This document shows positions 1 to 9,679 of a DNA stretch of 64,000 nucleotides, piece by piece. Source of the DNA: an uncultured Gammaproteobacteria bacterium (GTDB lineage Bacteria > Patescibacteriota > Patescibacteriia > UBA11705 > JABHMO01); NCBI GenBank assembly GCA_964590105.1, contig CAZPYM010000001.1:366172-430171 (forward strand), in the 5' to 3' direction. The notes under the pieces were generated by a model that saw nothing but the letters and a program-made list of their open reading frames with translations, had not been told where the DNA came from and searched no databases. The first letter of the stretch is position 1. Each line of letters begins with the position of its first letter. The translations under genes and the position numbers were made by a program.

Positions 1-1375
1 GTTCAAATTCAGAAATTTTTTCCACTCGCACCTGATCCAGCAAACCATTGATAACTGCAAAATTAATTATTACTTGCTTTTCGACTGACACCGGCTGATA
101 CTGCCCTTGTTTCAATATTTCAGTGATTCTTTTTCCTCTTTCCAGCTGTTTTTTTGTTGTTTCATCCAGATCAGACCCAAACTGGGCAAAAGCAGCCAAT
201 TCGCGATATTGCGCCACTTCCAATCGTAATTTTCCGGAAACTTTTTTCATTGCTTTGATCTGCGCTTTTGAACCGACGCGGGAAACAGACAGCCCCACAT
301 TTACCGCAGGCCTAATTCCCTGATAAAACAAATCGCTTTCCAAATATATTTGTCCATCGGTAATAGAAATCACATTGGTCGGGATATAGGCTGAGATATC
401 GCCCGCCTGGGTTTCAATAATAGGCAGGGCGGTAATTGATCCGCCGCCAAAATCTTCATTAAGTTTTGCTGAACGTTCCAATAAACGCGAATGCAAATAA
501 AACACATCGCCAGGAAAAGCTTCGCGTCCTGGCGGACGGCGCAACAAAAGGGATATTTCACGATAAGCAACAGCGTGCTTTGACAAATCATCATAAACAA
601 TCAGTACGTCCTTGCCCTGATCCATAAAATATTCTCCCATGGAACAACCTGCAAAAGGCGCAACAAAACTTAATGCCGTAGGCATAGATGCTCCGGCCAG
701 GACGATAATGGTATGCTCCATGGCGCCTGCCTGCTCGAGAATAGCCACGATTTTGGCAATCTTTGATTCTTTTTGCCCGATTGCCACATAAATACAAATC
801 AGATTCTGCCCCTTTTGATTGATAATCGTATCAAGAGCAATGGCTGTTTTGCCGGTTTGCCGATCGCCAATAATAAGCTCACGCTGGCCGCGACCAATCG
901 GAATCATTGAGTCAATGGCCTTGATCCCAGTTTGCACCGGCTGATGAACTGATTTTCTAGTAATAACTCCAGGCGCTATTTTTTCAATTGGATAAAATTT
1001 ATCTTCCACAATCTTGCCCTTACCGTCCAATTCATTACCCAATGGATCAACCACCCGACCGATCAAGTTTTCTCCCACAGGCACTTGTAATATCCGTCCG
1101 GTGCTTTTGACCACATCGCCTTCTTTTACTTTTACCCAGTCGCCGAGTATCATCACTCCGACAAAATCTTCTTCTAAATTAAGCGCTACGCCAAAAACAT
1201 TATTGCCAAAATCAAGCATTTCCGCAGACATAACCTCTGACAAGCCTATCACTTTGGCAATGCCATCACCGACCTCAATAACGCGGCCGATTTTTTCCAC
1301 TGCCACGTCTTCTTCAAAATTTGCGATTTGCTTTTTTAAAGCTTCAATCACGTAATCTTTTCTAACTTTAGTCAT
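1..1375 (-). CDS. atpA: F1Fo ATP synthase subunit alpha (3' end runs off the window)
   Basis: Manual translation from ATG 1375: [40 protein letters not shown]. Contains the Walker A motif GDRQTGKT and [23 protein letters not shown]. Absent from the ORF track because it is truncated. Confidence 0.97.
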   Translation of the reverse strand, partial: MTKVRKDYVIEALKKQIANFEEDVAVEKIGRVIEVGDGIAKVIGLSEVMSAEMLDFGNNVFGVALNLEEDFVGVMILGDWVKVKEGDVVKSTGRILQVPVGENLIGRVVDPLGNELDGKGKIVEDKFYPIEKIAPGVITRKSVHQPVQTGIKAIDSMIPIGRGQRELIIGDRQTGKTAIALDTIINQKGQNLICIYVAIGQKESKIAKIVAILEQAGAMEHTIIVLAGASMPTALSFVAPFAGCSMGEYFMDQGKDVLIVYDDLSKHAVAYREISLLLRRPPGREAFPGDVFYLHSRLLERSAKLNEDFGGGSITALPIIETQAGDISAYIPTNVISITDGQIYLESDLFYQGIRPAVNVGLSVSRVGSKAQIKAMKKVSGKLRLEVAQYRELAAFAQFGSDLDETTKKQLERGKRITEILKQGQYQPVSVEKQVIINFAVINGLLDQVRVEKISEFE

Positions 1376-1405
1376 AATTTTATATTGTCTTATTTGTCAT
1401 TTAGT

Positions 1406-1945
1406 TTATTCAATTTCCTCAATTTTTTTCTTCAATCTGGCAATTTTTCCGAACAAGCTGCCTTCAATAACCGTATCTTTGATTTTTAGTCTGAGCCCAC
1501 CCAAAATTTTTTCATTTACCACATTTTTCAGAACCACTTCCCCTTTTAATTTTTCTTTTACCAGCGCCGCTATTTTTTCTTCTTGTTCCGGCGACAGAGG
1601 AATGGCTGATTCCACTATTACTTCTGCCAATTGCCTGTTATTTAAATTTAATTTTTTTGCTTGTAATATAATCTCGCTCAAATAATTTAGTTTCCCAGCG
1701 CGAATAAGCATCAAAATAACATTATAAGTGCGCTGACTGATAAAATCTTTAAAAATATCAACTAACGCAGCAGATTTTTTTTTCAGAGCCACTTGTTTGT
1801 CCAATAAAAAAGTTTTCAAATCCAAATGAAGATTGATTTTCTCATCAACATCAGTCAAATCCGCGATTAATTCATCAAAACACCCGCATTCCTGGCCTAT
1901 TTCAACCAGAGACCCTGCGTAATGTTTTGTTCTGGCAATTTTCAT
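1406..1945 (-). CDS. atpH: ATP synthase subunit delta
   Basis: C-terminal ILGGLRLKIKDTVIEGSL motif; lies between atpF and atpA. Confidence 0.93.
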   Translation of the reverse strand: MKIARTKHYAGSLVEIGQECGCFDELIADLTDVDEKINLHLDLKTFLLDKQVALKKKSAALVDIFKDFISQRTYNVILMLIRAGKLNYLSEIILQAKKLNLNNRQLAEVIVESAIPLSPEQEEKIAALVKEKLKGEVVLKNVVNEKILGGLRLKIKDTVIEGSLFGKIARLKKKIEEIE

Positions 1946-1951
1946 AAACAA

Positions 1952-2467
1952 TTATTTTGTAAATTCCGCGTTGCGCAAATCATCAATTGTTTCATCTATC
2001 AGTTTCCTGTGAGTTTTTTCATCAATATTCCCGCCGGCAATCCGACCCAAAGCGAGCGCCACCAGGCCGCCAAGTTCATCTTTTACGTCGCGCACCATGA
2101 GCTCCCTTTCGGCGCGAATTTGCCTTTCAGCGTCATGCAATATTTTTTCAGTTTCTTTATTGGACTTTTCCAGTTTTTGCCGCCGCACATCTTCTGCTTC
2201 TTTTTCCGCTTTGTTGATCAGCGCTTGCGCTTCTTTTCTGCCCTTTTTAACTTCCTTTTCTTTGTCCTTCTTGATCTGCTCCATGGCAATTTCAATTTTT
2301 TCCGCATTAGCAATACTTGCTTTTATTTTATCTTCACGCTCTTTCATTATTTTCATCAGCGGCTTCATGGCAAAGAGCCAGAGTACCCCAAGCACAATAG
2401 TAAAATTTACTGCTTGAGCAATTAAAAGTTTCCAATCAATGTAAAATGTTTTAATTAAATCATCCAT
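1952..2467 (-). CDS. atpF: ATP synthase subunit b
   Basis: N-terminal TM segment (AQAVNFTIVLGVLW..KPL) followed by a coiled coil; operon position. Confidence 0.95.
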   Translation of the reverse strand: MDDLIKTFYIDWKLLIAQAVNFTIVLGVLWLFAMKPLMKIMKEREDKIKASIANAEKIEIAMEQIKKDKEKEVKKGRKEAQALINKAEKEAEDVRRQKLEKSNKETEKILHDAERQIRAERELMVRDVKDELGGLVALALGRIAGGNIDEKTHRKLIDETIDDLRNAEFTK

Positions 2468-2581
2468 ATGTATTAGTTAAAAGTTAAAAGTTGAAAGTTA
2501 AAAGCGGAAAACAATTACGGACAAAACTAATTCAAATAACATTCTCTGGCCTGCTCCGGCAAACGGAGCAGAGACAAAATA

Positions 2582-2800
<219 letters not shown>

Positions 2801-2884
2801 TCACACGGCTTTCGAATCGACTGGAAAATTTATTTTTAAAGTCGTTCTTGTCCGTTGATTATATTATATATTAATTAAAATAAC

Positions 2885-3778
2885 TTAATGAGCTTCCTCA
2901 GACATGGCAATGGTAAAATAAACCAAAGCCAGCATGGCAAAAATTAACGCCTGGACAGCGCCGACAATAATTTCCAAAAACATGAATGGGATTGGCAATC
3001 CGAAGGCAAATATTACGGCGATTGAAGACAACAAGACTTCGCCGGCAAAAATATTTCCGAACAAACGAAAAGACAATGATGCCACTTTTGCAACTTCGCC
3101 AATAATTTCCACCAAACCGACAAAAAATTTAATTGGGTTAACAATAATAATACTCGGCTCTTTCCGAATTCTGAAGGGAATCTGCCAGAGCGCTTTTAGA
3201 TTAATAAATTTATTAAAATATTTCCAGCCGCCAACAACCACAATACCCAAAATATTTGCCCCGATAACCGCAATCAATGACAGAGCCAAGGTTGTATTTA
3301 GATCTGCCGTGCCGCCGCGGAAATATGGTACGAACACTGAATGGCCGGAAATATTTTCAATAAAACCGATCGAGCCAATGCCCGGCAAAAGCCCCAGCCA
3401 GTTATTCAACAAAATGAAAACAAAAAACGTAAAAACAATAGGGAAAATTCTAAATGATTTCTTTTTATCATTAGTTACTGAATTACACAAGCTAACGCCA
3501 CCCTCAACAATAAGCTCAAAAATATTCTGGATGCCTTTTGGAATTTTTTTTAATTTAGCCCGCAGCACAATTGAAATCAATGCGATTATCAAAACAACAA
3601 TCCAGGTATTCATGAGCGAATTGGTAATGGGAAAATTTTTGTAATGCCAGATTGCTTCTGCACCAAGCGAAATTTCATGTTCCGCGTGGCCAGTTGGCCC
3701 TGTCGTCAAAGCTGAACCTCTCTCCGGCAAAATACCAGTTCCGGCGCCTTCGATTGTATTTTCACTATTAACCGACAT
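2885..3778 (-). CDS. atpB: ATP synthase subunit a
   Basis: SLSFRLFGNIFAGE, TADLNTT and QALIFAML motifs. Confidence 0.97.
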   Translation of the reverse strand: MSVNSENTIEGAGTGILPERGSALTTGPTGHAEHEISLGAEAIWHYKNFPITNSLMNTWIVVLIIALISIVLRAKLKKIPKGIQNIFELIVEGGVSLCNSVTNDKKKSFRIFPIVFTFFVFILLNNWLGLLPGIGSIGFIENISGHSVFVPYFRGGTADLNTTLALSLIAVIGANILGIVVVGGWKYFNKFINLKALWQIPFRIRKEPSIIIVNPIKFFVGLVEIIGEVAKVASLSFRLFGNIFAGEVLLSSIAVIFAFGLPIPFMFLEIIVGAVQALIFAMLALVYFTIAMSEEAH

Positions 3779-3781
3779 ATT

Positions 3782-4045
3782 TTAAGATTTTTTTTCTTTA
3801 TTCGCCTTGTCAATTTTTTTCATTGCCGCCGCGGTCTGCTTGATCAACCCGAACATTGTAACGGCAAATGCAAGTCCGACGCAAAGCAAAATAAAAAAAG
3901 GCTCACGATCATATCTATCGTCGAGCCAGCGTCCGATAAACAAAGCAAGCAAGATCGGGAAAACAATCCAAGCTGATATCTGGGCGAACAGGGAAATTGC
4001 CGGCTGCCACCACGGTTCAATATGCTTATTTTTCTCTAATGTCAT
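3782..4045 (-). CDS. AtpZ/AtpI-family ATP synthase accessory membrane protein
   Basis: Two TM segments with a GRWLD motif; first gene of the atp operon. Confidence 0.85.
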   Translation of the reverse strand: MTLEKNKHIEPWWQPAISLFAQISAWIVFPILLALFIGRWLDDRYDREPFFILLCVGLAFAVTMFGLIKQTAAAMKKIDKANKEKKS

Positions 4046-4144
4046 AGTTTAAAATCACCTTAATACTACCATGAACGCAAAATAATTTCAATCATTTTCT
4101 GTGTATAAGCCACTCCCCCCGAAACATTTTTATTGGCCAATCGA

Positions 4145-4996
4145 TCAAACCAATTGAAAAAGTTTTCTTGCGTTTTTATCCAACTTTTCTACTGCTATGT
4201 CAAATGCAAAGTTCTTCACCTCCGCTATTTTCTTTACCACAAATTCAACAAAAGCCGGCTCATTGCGCTTGCCTCGATTTGGCACCGGGGTCAGATAAGG
4301 ACAATCTGTCTCTGAAACGATTCGATCAAGTGGAACTCCTTCCAAGCTTTGCTCAACCAGGCCGGTCTTATCAAAAGTAATGAGTCCATTGAATCCGATA
4401 TAAAAACCAAGCTCAATAAATTTTTCAACTAATTCCGGACCACCAAGATAACAATGCATCACGCCCCTTTTGTTCGGCATGTTTTTCTGAAGAATTTCCA
4501 GCATTTGAAAATATGCATTAGTCACATTTTGCTTATCGCCACGGCAGTGAATAATCATCGGTAAATCGAGTTCATTGGCCAGATCAATCTGCCGGGTAAA
4601 AACACTTTTTTGCAATTTAATTACTTCCTCTCTATCGTCCCCTACTTCAATATGATAAAAGTCCAGTCCGGTTTCGCCGATCGCCACAATCCGCGAACTG
4701 GATTTTCCCAGCTCTAAATATTTTCCATAATCAAACTCCTCGGCGCGGGAAATAAATTCAACATTTTCGTTTTTATCAACTTCCAGACAGATTCCTTTTT
4801 GCTTCAAATGAATCGGGTGCAGACCGATTGCCGCATAAGAATTGAATTTTTCCGCCATTTTAACGGCCCTCGCGCTGGTCGAGTATTGCGAACCAACATT
4901 AATCATGACGACGCCCTTTTCCAGCGCGCGCGCCATCACCTCGTCTGCATCATCTTTATAAGCATTAAAATTTACGTGAGCGTGAGTATCGAACAT
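4145..4996 (-). CDS. tatD: TatD family DNase
   Basis: DTHAH, GLHP, AIGETGLD, ETDCPY motifs. Confidence 0.95.
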   Translation of the reverse strand: MFDTHAHVNFNAYKDDADEVMARALEKGVVMINVGSQYSTSARAVKMAEKFNSYAAIGLHPIHLKQKGICLEVDKNENVEFISRAEEFDYGKYLELGKSSSRIVAIGETGLDFYHIEVGDDREEVIKLQKSVFTRQIDLANELDLPMIIHCRGDKQNVTNAYFQMLEILQKNMPNKRGVMHCYLGGPELVEKFIELGFYIGFNGLITFDKTGLVEQSLEGVPLDRIVSETDCPYLTPVPNRGKRNEPAFVEFVVKKIAEVKNFAFDIAVEKLDKNARKLFQLV

Positions 4997-5028
4997 AATA
5001 AATAGTGAGCAGTAAGGATCGCTTAACC

Positions 5029-6540
5029 CTACTTTCTTAAAAATAACGGCTCCCCTTTTTTAACCTTAGTACCGGTCGTAATCTTACCAACTTGAATAGA
5101 TTCTTTATATGAACAATCTGCCTCACCAAGTCGTTTTAAAATTTCAGTGGAAGCTTCAGGCAAAATCGGTTTTACCAGCCAGCCCAAATGCCTTAGGATT
5201 TCTAACAAATTATATATCACCTGATCAAGTTCTTGTTGTTTTCCTTCTTTTGCCAGACTCCATGGTTTTGTTTCGTCAATATAGCCGTCGCACCAACGGA
5301 TCGCTTCCCAAATTTCCTTTAAATTTTCAAATACTTTATATTCCGCAAAACCTTTATCAATTTTTTTCCACAACTTTGCCAAATCTAATTCGGCCTTGAA
5401 TTTTTTATCCGGCACTTTGGACTCGCAATATTTTTCAGCCATGCTCAAAACTCGGCTTACCAAATTACCCAACCCATTGGCGAGATCTGAATTGTATTTA
5501 ATTGGAAATTCTTCAACTTTTACATCGCCATCCTGTCCAAAAATAAATTGAGAAATCACCAGGTAACGGGCGGCATCAGTTCCAAACTGTTCAACCAAAT
5601 CATTTGGATCAATCACATTGCCCAAAGTTTTGCTCATTTTTTTGCCATCAAGCGTGAAGTAGCCGTGCACAAACAAATCTTTTGGCAATGTAATTTCCGC
5701 AGCCAGGAGCATTGCCGGCCAAATAATGCAGTGAAATTTCAAAATATCTTTTGCCAACAAATGAACGTCAGCCGGCCAAAATTTTTTGAACTTTTCACCG
5801 TCTGGGAATCCAAGCGCGGAAATATAATTAATCAGCGCGTCAACCCAGACATAAGTTGTCTGACTTTTATCAAAAGGCAATGGAATCCCCCATTCAACAT
5901 TCGCCCGGCTAAAGGCAACGTCCTCGAGTCCCTGCTTGATAAAACTTAAAACCTCATGCTTTTTATCAGCCGGCAAAATCCTGATTTCGTCTGATTCAAT
6001 TTTTTGTTTCAGAATTTTGGAATAAGCAGACAAACGAAAGTACCAATTTTCTTCTGATAATTTTTGCGGCTCTTTATTGTGATCAGGGCATTTGCCGTCA
6101 ATTAGATCTTCTTCTTTTTTATACGATTCACAACCAACACAGTAGAGCCCTTCATAGATCCCCCTAAATATAACATCTTCGCCCGCTGAAGTTTTCGCTG
6201 ATTTTAATTTGGTTAAAACTTCCCGGACAACCTTTACATGCCGATCCTCTGTCGTGCGAATAAAGTCATCATTACTAATATTCAGTTTATCCCAAGCCGC
6301 CCTGAACTCAGCCGAAACATCATCGCAAAATTGTTGGGGCGATTTGTTTTGCTTTTCAGCCGACTGCGCCACCTTGGCTCCATGCTCGTCAGTCCCAGTC
6401 AAAAACCAAACATTGTCGTTCCCTAATTTAAAACGATAATAACGCGCCAGCACATCAGCGATAATCGTAGTGTAGGCATGCCCAATATGCGGCCGGTCAT
6501 TAACATAATAAATCGGCGTTGTGATATAAAATTTTTTCAT
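5029..6540 (-). CDS. metG: Methionyl-tRNA synthetase
   Basis: YITTPIYY, HIGH, GTDEHG and KMSKT motifs. Confidence 0.97.
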   Translation of the reverse strand: MKKFYITTPIYYVNDRPHIGHAYTTIIADVLARYYRFKLGNDNVWFLTGTDEHGAKVAQSAEKQNKSPQQFCDDVSAEFRAAWDKLNISNDDFIRTTEDRHVKVVREVLTKLKSAKTSAGEDVIFRGIYEGLYCVGCESYKKEEDLIDGKCPDHNKEPQKLSEENWYFRLSAYSKILKQKIESDEIRILPADKKHEVLSFIKQGLEDVAFSRANVEWGIPLPFDKSQTTYVWVDALINYISALGFPDGEKFKKFWPADVHLLAKDILKFHCIIWPAMLLAAEITLPKDLFVHGYFTLDGKKMSKTLGNVIDPNDLVEQFGTDAARYLVISQFIFGQDGDVKVEEFPIKYNSDLANGLGNLVSRVLSMAEKYCESKVPDKKFKAELDLAKLWKKIDKGFAEYKVFENLKEIWEAIRWCDGYIDETKPWSLAKEGKQQELDQVIYNLLEILRHLGWLVKPILPEASTEILKRLGEADCSYKESIQVGKITTGTKVKKGEPLFLRK

Positions 6541-6567
6541 AAACATTATTAGTGAATAAGCGGCTGA

Positions 6568-7215
6568 CTATTTTGCAGAAACAATAACAACGAATTCGCC
6601 CTTGAACATTTTTTTTACTTGTTCAAAAACTTCGCTGATATTTCCTCGATAAATCGTTTCGAATTTTTTAGTAAGTTCCCGACCAACTACAACTTTTCTA
6701 TTCTCGTCAAGATAATCTTTCAATTGCTCCAATGTTTTCAAAATTCGATGCGGCGATTCATAAAAACAAATTGTGACTTTGGAATCTCTGATTGATTCCA
6801 TGATTTTTGTGCGCCCCTTGTGGGGCATGAAGCCCATAAATAAAAACTTGTCCGTTGGCAAGCCGGAAACGCTGAGCGCCGTGGCAATTGCGGACGGGCC
6901 AGGAATCGGCACGACTTCAATTCCCAAATTGACAGCCGCTTCAACCAATTTTCCGCCCGGATCAGAAATACCTGGCGTGCCGGCGTCAGAAACATAGGCA
7001 ATATTTTCAAATTGGGATAACATTGCTTTTATTTTTTCATCAGAAGAATGCTGGTGCAGGCTGATTAATTTTTTTTCAATGCCAAAATGATCAGTCAATT
7101 GTCTGGTATGCCTTGTATCTTCGCAAAGTATAACATCAACGCTTTTGAGTATTTCAAGAGCGCGCAGTGTTATGTCCTGCAAATTACCGATTGGAGTAGC
7201 AACAATATAGAGCAT
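6568..7215 (-). CDS. rsmI: 16S rRNA C1402 2'-O-methyltransferase
   Basis: LYIVATPIGNL, SDAGTPGISDPG, YESPHR, RELTK motifs. Confidence 0.96.
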   Translation of the reverse strand: MLYIVATPIGNLQDITLRALEILKSVDVILCEDTRHTRQLTDHFGIEKKLISLHQHSSDEKIKAMLSQFENIAYVSDAGTPGISDPGGKLVEAAVNLGIEVVPIPGPSAIATALSVSGLPTDKFLFMGFMPHKGRTKIMESIRDSKVTICFYESPHRILKTLEQLKDYLDENRKVVVGRELTKKFETIYRGNISEVFEQVKKMFKGEFVVIVSAK

Positions 7216-7467
7216 ATGGGAAAAAATAAAAAATTAATAAATTAAAAACAATAAACAATAAACCGTTTTTCGTGATTTCTTGACTTGATTATAGCAAACT
7301 GCCGAATTCTGTCTATATTTAGAAAATTGAATCATCTATTATTTCAATTCATTATGTGTGATAATTTTACGATAAAATTGGCTACAGGACCGGTTAATCG
7401 TGCGTAAAGCCGTTCTGTAACAACACAGGTCGAATATTTTTTTGTAATTTTACACAACCAACACCTA

Positions 7468-7496
7468 TTGACAAACTTATTAATATCTGCTATAAT
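7468..7496 (+). promoter_or_regulatory. Perfect sigma70 promoter
   Basis: TTGACA (7468-7473), 17 bp spacer, TATAAT (7491-7496). Confidence 0.88.
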
Positions 7497-7502
7497 ACCT
7501 TT

Positions 7503-7959
7503 TCAGTTGATTTTTTCTTTGACCGAAAAGGAGGTGACAGTGCACTGGCCGTAGCGTTTCAAAAACCGATAGACAATGTCAACATTCGCGGGCGAGCCCA
7601 CCACGGCCGGGCGAGTCCAATGAGCGGCGCCAGAGGAGGTGATCGGAGTGCGCTACACTTCCGGTTTTCCCTAGCACAGTGAAAGCGGGTTCGCAAGAGC
7701 CCAAATTCTCCACGATTTTTTACTTCCTGTAATCGTGCAGAAGATGCAAAGAGGCCCCTACCCGGCTACGGCGCGGGAGGACAGGAAGCTCTGCTTCGCC
7801 ATATGAACGGGATTCGGCGAACAGAGTATGAACTCGAACTCGCAACACGGAGGTTCCGGTGTACACATCCGGTTTTGATTAACTACCCGGAATTCATTTT
7901 CCGGGCCCAACTACCCCGCCCCCCCCTACCACGACTGGCAGATCAGGGGGGCTTTTTTT
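7503..7959 (+). ncRNA. Candidate ~450-nt structured RNA carrying SD-led micro-ORFs
   Basis: Bounded by a consensus promoter and an intrinsic terminator; GC-rich with several hairpins; no ORF of 60 aa or more. Confidence 0.6.
7918..7959 (+). terminator. Rho-independent terminator
   Basis: G+C-run / AGGGGGGC stem followed by TTTTTTT. Confidence 0.75.
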
Positions 7960-7993
7960 ATAATAAAGATTACTGATTTATCCACAACAACTC

Positions 7994-8022
7994 TTGCCTT
8001 GATAATTTAAAATTATTATAAT
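7994..8022 (+). promoter_or_regulatory. Sigma70 promoter with an upstream DnaA box
   Basis: TTGCCT-17 bp-TATAAT; TTATCCACA at 7978-7986. Confidence 0.7.
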
Positions 8023-8028
8023 AAAAAC

Positions 8029-8322
8029 ACGTTCTCAAAATGGAGAAGGACGTAGGGACTCGGACCACGAAACTTAGGAGGGACATGGAAAAATTCGGCT
8101 GATACAATCAGAACGAGTAAACGGGACCGAAAAGTCTCACAACTGCGAAGTATCCTAAAAGGACGGCCATGCCCGTCGCGCAGCACAATCCAAAAGGCAC
8201 CGCGCTAGATCGCGTTCTCACCTCGGAGGGAGGCACTGACAATAATGGGCAAACCAGCCCAAAGTCAACTCCTTAATAGTAAGGTGGCAGAGAACAGATC
8301 AACACAGCCGGTGCATTTTTTT
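8029..8322 (+). ncRNA. Candidate ~290-nt structured RNA
   Basis: Own promoter; long nested stem GCACCG(8197-8202)/CGGTGC(8309-8314) with GATC/GATC and GTTCTC/GAGAAC, followed by a T-run. Confidence 0.5.
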
Positions 8323-8389
8323 GTAACAAAATACATCCGCGGCCAATCATCATCTTTTAAAAATTGATTGTTACTGCTACAATCTTATT

Positions 8390-9262
8390 ATGCCATCAAC
8401 GAGAAACAAAACTATTTCGATTACTCCGGATGAATTCAAACGCTTTGATATTTTTTATTTACCAAAAAAAACAAGCCTACCCGACCCCAAACATTTACTT
8501 AATAAAATTTATCTGGGCAACGCGCTCAAAGAAATGAAAAAACTGCCAAGCAACTCCTGTGATCTGATTCTCACTGATCCGCCCTACACTATTCGCAAAA
8601 ACTTTGGCGCCGGCACTGTTGCAGTTCAAAAAAAAGAATTTACTAAATGGTGCAAATGCTGGCTTGAACAATGCGCTCGTTTATTAAAGCCAACAGGTTC
8701 AATTTATATTTGTATTAATTGGGAAGCGTCATCAATAATTGAATCAATCCTACGAAAGCGCTTCATCATCAGAAATAGAATTACCTGGAAGCGCGACAAG
8801 GGACGTGGCGCGAAAAAAAATTGGAAAAACAACATGGAAGACATCTGGTTTGCCACTAAATCCGATAATTATACCTTTAATCTGGATGACGTTAAAGTTG
8901 AGAAATCTGTCATTGCGCCTTATGTTGATGAAAAAGGAAAGCCAAAAGACTGGCAGGAGATTAACGGCAGGAAAGTTCGTTTCACTCACCCTTCCAATAT
9001 CTGGACAGATTTAACCGTTCCCTTCTGGTCAATGCCGGAAAACACTGAACATCCGACGCAAAAACCGGAAAAACTCGTTGAAAGAATTATTCTGGCCAGC
9101 TCCAGCAAAGGCGATCTTGTTTTCGATCCATTTATGGGTTCCGGGACCACTGCTGTTGTAGCCAAAAGACTTAAACGAAACTATTTGGGATTTGAAATTG
9201 AAAAAATGTATTATATTCTCTCGCAAAAAAGATTAAACCAAAAGAAAAAGCAGAACCTGTGA
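8390..9262 (+). CDS. Orphan site-specific DNA methyltransferase (N4/N6, beta class)
   Basis: TDPPY precedes HPTQKP and DPFMGSGTT; no adjacent restriction endonuclease. Confidence 0.92.
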   Translation: MPSTRNKTISITPDEFKRFDIFYLPKKTSLPDPKHLLNKIYLGNALKEMKKLPSNSCDLILTDPPYTIRKNFGAGTVAVQKKEFTKWCKCWLEQCARLLKPTGSIYICINWEASSIIESILRKRFIIRNRITWKRDKGRGAKKNWKNNMEDIWFATKSDNYTFNLDDVKVEKSVIAPYVDEKGKPKDWQEINGRKVRFTHPSNIWTDLTVPFWSMPENTEHPTQKPEKLVERIILASSSKGDLVFDPFMGSGTTAVVAKRLKRNYLGFEIEKMYYILSQKRLNQKKKQNL

Positions 9263-9281
9263 GATCCTGCTTTCTAATAAT

Positions 9282-9527
9282 CTAGAGTTCAAAATAATCC
9301 TCATCGTTCATGATTGCCTTCATTCTTTTCTTCCGCCTGGAAAACTCTTTAAAGATCTGTCCAAATGAAAAAACGCTCTTGATTCCCCCACCAACACAAA
9401 GCACCACAATGAACCGAACCATTTCAATATACAGCGGCAGACAAACGATCCACCACGACCACACAATTATTCCGGCCAGTTTCAAGATCAGCATCAATAC
9501 AAACGCCACGACAAGAGCAGTTCCCAT
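9282..9527 (-). CDS. Small membrane protein with an LKL..W.W....P motif (TMEM185/Fragile-X-F-like)
   Basis: LILKLAGIIVWSWWIVCLPLY; AGGAGG SD upstream. Confidence 0.6.
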   Translation of the reverse strand: MGTALVVAFVLMLILKLAGIIVWSWWIVCLPLYIEMVRFIVVLCVGGGIKSVFSFGQIFKEFSRRKKRMKAIMNDEDYFEL

Positions 9528-9679
9528 TCGCCCCTCCTATGGTTGATTCTGCGAAGGAAAAATAAGAATAACATATATAAAAACAATTGTCAACCTGCAA
9601 GAAAACCAACCATATAGATTATTTTCCCTTGCCCGATTATAATAAATTTGTTAAACTAAATCGACAGTAATAAATCATT

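Noticed and set aside
7503-8322. tmRNA, RNase P RNA or SRP RNA as the identity of the structured RNAs
   Set aside because: No tRNA-like acceptor and T arm (GGGTTCGCAAGAGCCC is a GNRA hairpin), no GAGGAAAGTCC core, no SRP domain IV motif. A highly diverged version cannot be fully excluded without Infernal.
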